Shown here piece by piece: positions 18,159 to 25,728 of a stretch of DNA of 58,853 bases. Within the stretch, counting starts at the first letter, position 1, and every line of letters begins with the position of its first letter. The translations under genes were made by a program, and so were the position numbers. Source of the stretch: Candidatus Magasanikbacteria bacterium CG_4_10_14_0_2_um_filter_33_14 (lineage in GTDB: Bacteria; Patescibacteriota; Patescibacteriia; Magasanikbacterales; UBA922); the NCBI GenBank assembly GCA_002793035.1, contig PFPL01000033.1, positions 1 to 58,853 of the forward strand, in the 5' to 3' direction. The notes below the pieces were generated by a model that was not told the origin of the DNA, searched no databases, and saw only the letters and a list, made by a program, of their open reading frames with translations.

Positions 18159-19421
18159 ATGAAAATAATTTCAATAACAGGTACCAAAGGTAAGACAACT
18201 GTCACTCGTGCTTTGAGTGAAATAATTTATAAAAGTGGAGAAAATGTTTTACGTGTTGATACAGATGGTCATTATATAAATGAAAAGAGAAAAAGTACTT
18301 TGGAGGACAGTAAAAAACTTTTTATGTTGGTACCAACTGTTTGTCCTGGTAAGTACCTTTTGGATGTAAAAAAATATTTTCCAGATTTTACGGCTGTCTT
18401 TGAAACGGCTATTGGTAGTAGTGGTAGTGCGGGACTTGGTTATGGATTGCATCAGATTGGTATTTTTACCAATATTTTGGAAGATCATTTGAAAGCAAGT
18501 AAAAGATTACAGACACAAGCTGATTTGGCCAAAGCTAAGAGATTTATTTTTAGTAGACTAGACGTAGGAGGAACTGCTATTTTCAATGCTGATGATAAAT
18601 ATGTTTGTTCACAATTAAGCTCTATACCAGAATTTAGAAAACCAATTTATTTTTTGCCTGTTGGCTTTGATTTTAAGTATTTTGATATTGAAAAAAATTT
18701 GAAAAATAATGGTAGTCTTATTACTATTGAAAATGCTTGTGTAGTAGTAAAATCAGCAAAAAAGACTCAAAAAATAATAAAAGTAAATGACGTGAAATGG
18801 ACTTTTGGTGGTAATTTCAAGCCTTCAGTTTATAATCTCATGTTTATTATCGCTGGATTACTTGTATTTAATGGAGGAAAAATAACTAAACAAAATAAAG
18901 AAGATTTAAAAAATTATAAAATGGATAAATTTGGTGGTAGATTGACTCTGTTAGAAAACAAAGAAGGAGTAAAAATTTTAGTTGATTATGCTCATGAAAA
19001 ATTTTCTTTGGTTGAAGTGGCTAAATTGGCTAAGAGTATTGGTAATGGAGAAGTAATAGGTGTAGTCCGTCTAGCACCTGACAGACAAGATGAAATAATT
19101 GCAGAAACAGGTAAATATATCGCCAACAAGTATGATCGTTTTGTTGTTTATGATAAAATAGATGGTGTAAATAGAAAAGAATATAAAGGTAGAAAATCTG
19201 ATTTTAATAGAAAAACTGGAGAAGTTTCTAAAATATTTTACGAAGGTATTTTGAGTAAGAAAAAATCAGACAAAGTGGAAAGAATTTTGGAAGAAAAAAA
19301 AGCTATAAAAAGATCTGCTGAGTTGGCTAAAAAAGGGGATGTCGTAGTTGTGATTTGTGGGGATGATCACAAAAAGACAGTGGAATATGTACAGGATTAT
19401 TTTAAAGCTAAATTTGTATAA
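18159..19421 (+). CDS. Mur ligase family protein lacking the N-terminal substrate domain (cyanophycin-synthetase M-domain-like / PgsB-MurT-like)
   Basis: The P-loop sits at the very N-terminus (ISITGTKGKTTVT). TDGHYI, ETAIGSSGSAGLG, NILEDHL and VDYAHEKFS (Mur DYAHNP-like) follow, with a C-terminal domain carrying RLAPDRQDE. Confidence 0.8.
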   Translation: MKIISITGTKGKTTVTRALSEIIYKSGENVLRVDTDGHYINEKRKSTLEDSKKLFMLVPTVCPGKYLLDVKKYFPDFTAVFETAIGSSGSAGLGYGLHQIGIFTNILEDHLKASKRLQTQADLAKAKRFIFSRLDVGGTAIFNADDKYVCSQLSSIPEFRKPIYFLPVGFDFKYFDIEKNLKNNGSLITIENACVVVKSAKKTQKIIKVNDVKWTFGGNFKPSVYNLMFIIAGLLVFNGGKITKQNKEDLKNYKMDKFGGRLTLLENKEGVKILVDYAHEKFSLVEVAKLAKSIGNGEVIGVVRLAPDRQDEIIAETGKYIANKYDRFVVYDKIDGVNRKEYKGRKSDFNRKTGEVSKIFYEGILSKKKSDKVERILEEKKAIKRSAELAKKGDVVVVICGDDHKKTVEYVQDYFKAKFV

Positions 19422-19425
19422 AATT

Positions 19426-20313
19426 ATGTCAAAAATTAAATTTTATTTGTTTACAGATAGTGAAAAAGATCATAGAATTCGCAGATTCAGGGAAGAATCT
19501 GCAAAAAAGAATATTGATTTTCAAATTGTTAATCTATATAAAATAGTTATTCAAGATAATCAGATAATAGATCAGGAAGGTAATGTCTTAAAAATTAAGA
19601 AAAATGATATTACTTGGATTCTGGCAAATGTGAGTACAGGCTACGTAGTTTCAAAATTTTTAAAAGATAGAAATATACAAGTTTGGCCAAATTTTGAAGC
19701 TGTAGCTTTTGCAGATAAGTTTATAACGAATAGCTTTTTTTCTGGGATACAAGTTCCAACTCCAAAAACTGTTTTTATAAATTCTTATCACATGGATGAT
19801 ATTATAAAAGCCATCGGTGGTTTCCCTTGTATTATAAAAAAGAATATAAGTACTGTTGGAAAATATGTAGAAATTGTAAAAAGTGAAAAAGAAGTATTGC
19901 AATTTATCAAAAATACTTTTGAAATAGCTTCTAAAAATATTTTACCAAATAATCGTATTAGTTTCATGTTGCAAGAATTTGTCAAAGAGGCTAAAGGAAC
20001 TGATTATCGTGTGCTTTGTCTAGATGGTAAAATATTAGGTGTTATAAAACGTACAGCCAAGTCTGGTTTCAAATCAAATATTTCTCTTGGTGGTACAGCA
20101 AAACAAATACCTCTACCTGAAAAAATAAAAAAATATACAAAGAAAATATTAAAAAAAGGAGATATCTTTTATGCGGGTATTGATTTTATAAAAAAAGGAA
20201 ATGAATATTTGGCTATCGAAGTGAATACTTCCGCGCAATTCAAAGGTTTTGAACAAGCTACAAATATCAATGTGGCTGAAAAAATTATTAATAAACTTAT
20301 AGAAAAAAATTAA
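19426..20313 (+). CDS. RimK-type ATP-grasp ligase
   Basis: LQEFVKEAKGTDYRVLCLDGKILGVIKRTAKSGFKSNISLGGTAKQIPLP and AGIDFIKKGNEYLAIEVNTSAQFKGFEQATNINVAEKII parallel the RimK core (QEYI.EA.G.DiR.lVvG..vvaai.R.a..gdFRSNlh.GG). The ATG at 19426 lies 4 nt after the Mur-ligase stop. Confidence 0.85.
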   Translation: MSKIKFYLFTDSEKDHRIRRFREESAKKNIDFQIVNLYKIVIQDNQIIDQEGNVLKIKKNDITWILANVSTGYVVSKFLKDRNIQVWPNFEAVAFADKFITNSFFSGIQVPTPKTVFINSYHMDDIIKAIGGFPCIIKKNISTVGKYVEIVKSEKEVLQFIKNTFEIASKNILPNNRISFMLQEFVKEAKGTDYRVLCLDGKILGVIKRTAKSGFKSNISLGGTAKQIPLPEKIKKYTKKILKKGDIFYAGIDFIKKGNEYLAIEVNTSAQFKGFEQATNINVAEKIINKLIEKN

Positions 20314-20348
20314 ATAATTAATATTGTAATTTAATAATATAAATATAT

Positions 20349-21656
20349 ATGCCTCCAATAGAACCAAACAATGTGGTAAATAGTGTGACTACTACTACCA
20401 AAACTGGTTATTTTAGTCGTATAGGTAATTCTATCAAAGGAATCTTTTTTGGATTTCTTATTTTCATAATTTCTTTTGTAGTACTTTATACAAATGAAGG
20501 TAGAGTAGACAAATCAGATGTAGCTTCTACTGCTGTAGAAATTAGTGCGACAAGTCTAAATACTGATGCTAATCTGGAAAATAAATTGGTACATCTTAAT
20601 GGAGATTTGGTTACAGATAATAAAATTTCTGATGGTATATACTTGCAAGAAAATAATTATTTAGCTTTGACTCGCAAAGTAGAAGTCTATGCTTGGGTAG
20701 AAGAAAGTAGCTCTAAGACAAAAACAAATGTCGGTGGTTCACAAACTACAGATACAACTTATACATATAAAAAAGATTGGGTGTCAGATGCTCCTGATTC
20801 TTCCAAATTTCAATCTACAACGGGTCATGAGAATATTATGAAAACTTTGGACAACAATACTTGGTATGCAAGTAATGCCAAAGTTGGTGTCTATGAAGTA
20901 GAACCTGCAAAATTGACTATGCCTGGATCTACCGGAATTGCTTTGACAAAAGAAAATACTATTTTGCCAGTTGTAATAGCTCCAACTACTACAGCAAAAA
21001 CAGTTCCACAAAATGATTTGATGAAATCTTTGAGTGCTAGTGACGCAGATTTGAATGCCGAATTTGGTACTCCTGCTAAAGTTGTGGAAGAAACTGTAGT
21101 TCCTGAAAAAGTAAAAAATGTAGTGTTGAATGGTAATTATATTTATGTTACTGAAAAAAATGTTAGTGCTCCAACAATAGGTGATATGCGTGTTAGTTAT
21201 AGTGCTGTGACTTCACCTATTTCAGTTACTCTCTTTGGTAGATTGACTGGTAGCAAAATTACTCCGATGACTGATGCTAAGACTGGTGTGGTACTTTATC
21301 GTGCTTTTAGTGGTACTTTCGAAGATGCTCTAGGTACTTTGCATGGTGAATACAAAACTTTACTTTGGATTTTACGTTTAGTTGGTTTCCTTATGATGTG
21401 GATTGGTCTTGGTATGGTATTAGCACCTCTTAGCGTATTGCTCGACGTCTTGCCAATTTTCGGTACTATTAGTCGTAGTGTTGTTGGTCTAATAACGTTT
21501 GTAGTAGCTCTTGTATTATCTATTGTGACTATTATCGTTTCTATGTTTTTACATAATCCATTGGTTTTGATTTTGGTGATTATTGCTGTGGGTGTGTATG
21601 TATTCAAATTGGTGAAAAAAGCAAAACAAAAAACACAAGAAGTAAAAAGTGTTTAA
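20349..21656 (+). CDS. TMEM43/DUF1625-like membrane protein
   Basis: N-terminal TM followed by LYTNEGR (the family NEGR motif), a long extracytoplasmic region and three C-terminal TM helices. Confidence 0.6.
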   Translation: MPPIEPNNVVNSVTTTTKTGYFSRIGNSIKGIFFGFLIFIISFVVLYTNEGRVDKSDVASTAVEISATSLNTDANLENKLVHLNGDLVTDNKISDGIYLQENNYLALTRKVEVYAWVEESSSKTKTNVGGSQTTDTTYTYKKDWVSDAPDSSKFQSTTGHENIMKTLDNNTWYASNAKVGVYEVEPAKLTMPGSTGIALTKENTILPVVIAPTTTAKTVPQNDLMKSLSASDADLNAEFGTPAKVVEETVVPEKVKNVVLNGNYIYVTEKNVSAPTIGDMRVSYSAVTSPISVTLFGRLTGSKITPMTDAKTGVVLYRAFSGTFEDALGTLHGEYKTLLWILRLVGFLMMWIGLGMVLAPLSVLLDVLPIFGTISRSVVGLITFVVALVLSIVTIIVSMFLHNPLVLILVIIAVGVYVFKLVKKAKQKTQEVKSV

Positions 21657-21741
21657 AGTTCATAAAGTAATTAGTGAAAATTTTTTTCTATAAAACTTTA
21701 CAAACTTTTAACTTTACAAACTTTATAAACTATATAAAATT

Positions 21742-23001
21742 ATGTACGAATATTTAGAATTGAAAAATAAAGCAAAAGTATATTTCATACCTTTGTTAGA
21801 TACCAAATCTTTGACAACTCTTGTCATGTATCCAGTAGGCTCTCGTTATGAAGCTGAAAAAATGGCAGGTGTTTCTCATTATGTAGAACATCTTATGTTC
21901 AAGGGTACTAAGAAAAGACCAAACACTTTGAATCTTACTCGTGAGATAGATAGGCTTGGTGCACAGTACAATGCTTTTACCGGCAAAGAATATACAGGTT
22001 ACTATATCAAGGCTGATGCAAAATATTCTGAAGTATCTATGGATATTTTGTCAGATATGCTTTTCAATTCCAAGTTTGACCCAAAAGAAATGGAAAGAGA
22101 AAAAGGACCAATCATCGAAGAAATTAGAATGTACCAGGATAATCCACTTATGAATATTGATAATATTTTTGAAGATGTAATGTATGCGGGATGTTCACTA
22201 GGTCGTGATATTGCAGGTACCGAAGCTCATGTACGTAGTTACAAACGTCCGGATGTTATCAAATATCGTGATACATATTACAGCCCAAACAATATGACAA
22301 TTGTCGTGGCTGGAGCGATTGATGAAAAAGTGAAAGAGCAGGTCAAAAAATATTTTGGTGCTGGCAAAAATAGTGGTGCCAAAAAAAGAGATTTTAAATC
22401 TGCATGTTTTGGACCAATTGAAAAAGATAAAAGAATTGTGGTACAGAAAAAGGATACCGACCAAGTACAACTTATGCTTGGTTTCCCTGGATTTGATTAC
22501 AATGATGATAGAAACTATGCTGAAGGAGTTATGAATACTATTTTGGGTGGATCTATGAGTTCTAGACTTTTTATTCAAATTCGTGAAAGGCGTGGTTTGG
22601 CTTATATGGTTCGTTCTGGTTCTGAAAATTTTCGTGATACAGGGCATGTTTTTGTTAGAGCTGGTCTTGAAGCCAAAAATATTAATAAAGCAATTGCTGT
22701 TATCAAAAAAGAAATTGAGCGTATTTGTGAAAAAGGTGTCAGTAAAAAAGAATTGGCAGATGCTAAGACACATATACGTGGAGCTATGACTTTGTCTCTT
22801 GAAGATTCTAGTGCTCAAGCAAATTATTATGCTAGTGAAGCTTTATTTTCCAAAAATATGGAAGATCCTGAAGAAAGATTAGAAAAGATTGAAAAAATTA
22901 CCAATGAGGATATAATAAAGGTAGCAAAGCAAGTATTCAAATGGAATCAAATGCGTGTTGCTATTATTGGAAATGTAGATAAAAAGGATATTAAATTTTA
23001 A
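21742..23001 (+). CDS. M16 (pitrilysin/insulinase) family zinc peptidase
   Basis: GVSHYVEHLMFKGT is the inverted zinc motif HxxEH. NAFTGKEYTGYY and EREKGPIIEEIRMYQDNP are also present. Confidence 0.9.
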   Translation: MYEYLELKNKAKVYFIPLLDTKSLTTLVMYPVGSRYEAEKMAGVSHYVEHLMFKGTKKRPNTLNLTREIDRLGAQYNAFTGKEYTGYYIKADAKYSEVSMDILSDMLFNSKFDPKEMEREKGPIIEEIRMYQDNPLMNIDNIFEDVMYAGCSLGRDIAGTEAHVRSYKRPDVIKYRDTYYSPNNMTIVVAGAIDEKVKEQVKKYFGAGKNSGAKKRDFKSACFGPIEKDKRIVVQKKDTDQVQLMLGFPGFDYNDDRNYAEGVMNTILGGSMSSRLFIQIRERRGLAYMVRSGSENFRDTGHVFVRAGLEAKNINKAIAVIKKEIERICEKGVSKKELADAKTHIRGAMTLSLEDSSAQANYYASEALFSKNMEDPEERLEKIEKITNEDIIKVAKQVFKWNQMRVAIIGNVDKKDIKF

Positions 23002-23010
23002 ATTAAATAA

Positions 23011-23117
23011 ATCCCCCTCCTAATAGGAGGGGCTAGGGGAGGTCTTTAGCAAGATAAAACGTCTTGTTCAAAGATGGACCCTTTCTAACCTGTTTGCCGA
23101 CAGGTAGGCTCCCCCTA
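23011..23117 (+). other. GC-rich multi-hairpin intergenic element
   Basis: 7-bp hairpin CCCCTCC/GGAGGGG (23014-32). Then TAGGGGAG (23034-41) pairs with CTCCCC(C)TA (23109-17), enclosing CAAGA/TCTTG and CCTGT/ACAGG hairpins. Confidence 0.45.
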
Positions 23118-23145
23118 ATAAAAAAAGAATAACAAAGAGGAAAAT

Positions 23146-23880
23146 ATGAAATATTTATTTGGCAATTGGAAAATGTATCTTGATTATAAGCAATCAGTTG
23201 AATTGGCTAATTCTTTAGTACAAGAAAATTTTGAGAATGAAAATGTAGAGCTTGCAGTGTTTCCAACTGCTTTAGCAATGAAAGATGTTACAGACATTTT
23301 GCAAGGACATTTTCAAACAGGATCACAAGATGCAGGGCATCCTTCCAAAGGTGCTTATACAGGTATGATTTCAGCTGAGATGTTCAAAGAAGTTGGTTGT
23401 ACTTATGCTTTGGCTGGACATTCTGAACGTCGTCATATTTTTGGTGAAACAAACAAAGATGTTCGTGCCAAGATAGAAAGTTATTTAGATGCAGGACTCA
23501 AACCTGTCATTTGTATTGGAGAAACCGAACAAGACAAAGATAATGATAAAGCTAGATATCGTTTATCAAAACAAATATTACGTGCTTTTGAAGGTTTGGA
23601 TTTTGAGGATGGTCAGATTTTGGTAGCTTATGAACCTGTTTGGGCTATTGGGACAGGTAATGCTTGTTTGCCGGCTGATGCAGTTGATAGAATTGTCTTT
23701 ATCAAATCAGAAATAGCTAAATATAGCAAAATTTCTGTACCTGTACTTTATGGGGGTAGTGTAAACAACGATAATGTGTTATCATATTTAACGCTTGAGA
23801 CAATAGATGGTATACTCATTGGTAGTGCGTCAACTAAGCTTCCAGAGTTTACTAATATTATAAAAAGTGTTTTGAAATAG
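23146..23880 (+). CDS. tpiA: triosephosphate isomerase
   Basis: GNWKMY, LAGHSERRHIFGE, ICIGE, AYEPVWAIGTG and LYGGSV. Confidence 0.95.
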   Translation: MKYLFGNWKMYLDYKQSVELANSLVQENFENENVELAVFPTALAMKDVTDILQGHFQTGSQDAGHPSKGAYTGMISAEMFKEVGCTYALAGHSERRHIFGETNKDVRAKIESYLDAGLKPVICIGETEQDKDNDKARYRLSKQILRAFEGLDFEDGQILVAYEPVWAIGTGNACLPADAVDRIVFIKSEIAKYSKISVPVLYGGSVNNDNVLSYLTLETIDGILIGSASTKLPEFTNIIKSVLK

Positions 23881-23884
23881 ATTT

Positions 23885-24787
23885 ATGTCCAATATTTTAC
23901 CATTTATCCTTATTGTATTATCTTTAGTGATAATAATTTTTGTGATTGTGCGTAAATATCCACAGTTATTACTTTTGGATGTAGAAACTTTACCAGAAAT
24001 AAAAACTGCACGTAGTAAAAATAGAATTATAATGCGTAAATCAGAACAGAGAGAAAAAATGTATTATTCTAATTTCAAAAAAAGACTTGAACCTTTTATA
24101 AAATTATTAAAAAAAACTCAATTAGCCTTTCGTATTCTTGTTGGTAAAGTAGAAAGAAAAGTAGGTTCAACTACAGAGATTGAAAATGGTCCTAGTATTA
24201 CGAAAGAACAAAGAAAAGAAAAAGTAATGACTTCCAAAGATTTGGTAAAAGATGCTCAAAATGATTTGGCTATTGAAGATTATCCGACAGCTGAAAAGAA
24301 ATTCTTAGCTTCACTTAAGCATGACCCAAAAAATAAAGAAGCTTATCGTGGTTTGGCAGCAGTTTATTATGCTCAAAACCAAGTGTCTGAGGCCAAAGAA
24401 ACTTATGATTTTCTTTTACAACTTGATCCAGAAGACGAAGATGCTAATGTAAAATTGGGAGAAATATGTGAGGAAGAGGGAAATAAAGAAAAGGCTGTAG
24501 AATATTATCAACAAGCTGTCCTTACAAATCCAAATAATCCTGAAAGATTTTTGAAGATTCACGAATTGTTGTTTTATTTGAAACATTATGAAACAGCTTT
24601 GGAGGCTATTGAACAGGCTTTGGATATTGAGCCACAGAACCCTAGATATGTTGACAATTTTATAGAAACTAGTATAATACTCAAGCGTAAAGAATTGGCT
24701 GAAGAAGGTTATAAGCAATTACGCATGATAAATCCTGATAATCAGAAGCTTGAAATCTTTAGGCAAAGAATTGATGAAATAAAGTAA
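23885..24787 (+). CDS. TPR-repeat protein with N-terminal membrane anchor
   Basis: TM ILPFILIVLSLVIIIFVIV, then 4-5 TPR-like units (AEKKFLASLKHDPKNKEAYRGLAAVYY..., AVEYYQQAVLTNPNN..., ALEAIEQALDIEPQN...). Confidence 0.8.
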   Translation: MSNILPFILIVLSLVIIIFVIVRKYPQLLLLDVETLPEIKTARSKNRIIMRKSEQREKMYYSNFKKRLEPFIKLLKKTQLAFRILVGKVERKVGSTTEIENGPSITKEQRKEKVMTSKDLVKDAQNDLAIEDYPTAEKKFLASLKHDPKNKEAYRGLAAVYYAQNQVSEAKETYDFLLQLDPEDEDANVKLGEICEEEGNKEKAVEYYQQAVLTNPNNPERFLKIHELLFYLKHYETALEAIEQALDIEPQNPRYVDNFIETSIILKRKELAEEGYKQLRMINPDNQKLEIFRQRIDEIK

Positions 24788-24810
24788 ATTTAGGTGTTAA
24801 CAATTAGAGG

Positions 24811-24839
24811 TTGACAATTGTCCTTTAATAATTTATTAT
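24811..24839 (+). promoter_or_regulatory. sigma70-like promoter for the tRNA-Thr(UGU) cluster
   Basis: TTGACA (24811-16), 17-nt spacer, TATTAT (24834-39). Confidence 0.55.
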
Positions 24840-24874
24840 ATTGTCATTGTTGATTATATTTTTCAACTGTACGT

Positions 24875-24958
24875 GCAATCTTTCCCGACTTGGTCGGGAG
24901 GTAAGCAATTATATGCCATCTTTCCCGATTTAATCGGGAGGTGGAGCAATTATTATAT
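24875..24958 (+). repeat. two tandem ~40-44-nt units: tRNA-Thr acceptor 5' strand copy plus TCCCGA-N-TCGGGA hairpin
   Basis: Unit 1 is GCAATCT+TTCCCGACTTGGTCGGGAGGTAAGCAATTAT. Unit 2 is GCCATCT+TTCCCGATTTAATCGGGAGGTGGAGCAATTATTAT. ATATGCCATCT occurs at 24911-21 and again at 24955-65, where the real tRNA begins. Confidence 0.85.
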
Positions 24959-25034
24959 GCCATCTTAGCTCAGCTGGTAGAGCAACGGTTTTGTAAACCG
25001 TCGGTCCGGGGTTCGAATCCCCGAGATGGCTCCA
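24959..25034 (+). tRNA. tRNA-Thr (anticodon UGU), CCA encoded
   Basis: Hand-folded cloverleaf: acceptor GCCATCT/AGATGGC, D arm GCTC-AGCTGGTA-GAGC, anticodon arm ACGGT-TTTGTAA-ACCGT, T arm CGGGG-TTCGAAT-CCCCG, discriminator T, CCA. Confidence 0.92.
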
Positions 25035-25083
25035 ATACCACAATTGACTTTTGACACTTAACATTTAACTGTTAATTGTATTT

Positions 25084-25437
25084 ATGAACACTTTTCGTTT
25101 TTTAGACTTTCCTGTTTATAAACAAACAAAAGTATTTCATAAAAGAATATTGTCATTGATTAATGGTTTTGAAAATCAATATTCTTTAAAAGATCAAATA
25201 AGTAGAGCATCATTATCAGTAATATTAAATATTGCTGAAGGTTCTGCTAAAAAATCTGATAAAGAATTTGCTCGTTTTTTAGAAACATCTATTTCTTCTA
25301 TGAATGAAGTAGTCGCTTGTTTAGATATAATGCAAGATTTAAATTTATTATCTAAAATAATTTATGATAATTTCTTGCTTGAAGCAACAAGCATTGTTAA
25401 ACAATTGGGTGGTTTCATAAGAAAATTATATAGTTAG
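25084..25437 (+). CDS. four-helix-bundle protein (23S rRNA intervening-sequence protein / Avd family)
   Basis: FRFLDFPVYKQTKVFHKRI...ISRASLSVILNIAEGSAKKSDKEFARFLETSISSMNEVVACLDI matches the family (NIAEG, F..fl..a.gS..E). Confidence 0.85.
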   Translation: MNTFRFLDFPVYKQTKVFHKRILSLINGFENQYSLKDQISRASLSVILNIAEGSAKKSDKEFARFLETSISSMNEVVACLDIMQDLNLLSKIIYDNFLLEATSIVKQLGGFIRKLYS

Positions 25438-25474
25438 TCAATTGTCAATAGTTAAAAGTAAATTGTCATTATAT

Positions 25475-25556
25475 GGGTCGGTACCAAAGCGGTCAACTGG
25501 GGCGGACTGTAAATCCGCTGGCTCTGCCTTCGAAAGTTCGAATCTTTCCCGGCCCA
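25475..25556 (+). tRNA. tRNA-Tyr (anticodon GUA), long variable arm
   Basis: Acceptor GGGTCGG/CCGGCCC (one G-U pair), anticodon arm GCGGA-CTGTAAA-TCCGC, 13-nt variable arm TGGCTCTGCCTTC, T arm GAAAG-TTCGAAT-CTTTC, discriminator A. Confidence 0.9.
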
Positions 25557-25625
25557 CAGAAACAATTTAAAAATTTTTAATTTTGAATTTTAAAACAATT
25601 TTTAATTAAACAATTTTTTAATTTT

Positions 25626-25653
25626 AAAATAGCTAATAATTAGCTATTTTTTT
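25626..25653 (+). terminator. intrinsic terminator after tRNA-Tyr
   Basis: Stem AAAATAGCTA / TAGCTATTTT with loop ATAAT, followed by a T-run. Confidence 0.7.
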
Positions 25654-25728
25654 ATGAGTATTTAGGATGTATTATTGTTTAATTTTCATTTTCAATGTAT
25701 AATTTAGTTTCTTAAGTTTATAAAATCT

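Noticed and set aside
22198-22818. 206-aa antisense ORF inside the M16 peptidase gene, and similar antisense or overlapping track ORFs (for example 7933..8301, 9100..9546, 1534..1842, 25857..26240)
   Set aside because: These overlap confidently assigned genes on the other strand or frame. They have low-complexity F/I/N/K-rich translations typical of A+T-rich antisense frames.
25084-25437. Diversity-generating retroelement, because the four-helix-bundle protein is of the Avd family
   Set aside because: No reverse transcriptase gene and no template/variable repeat pair are present anywhere in the window.
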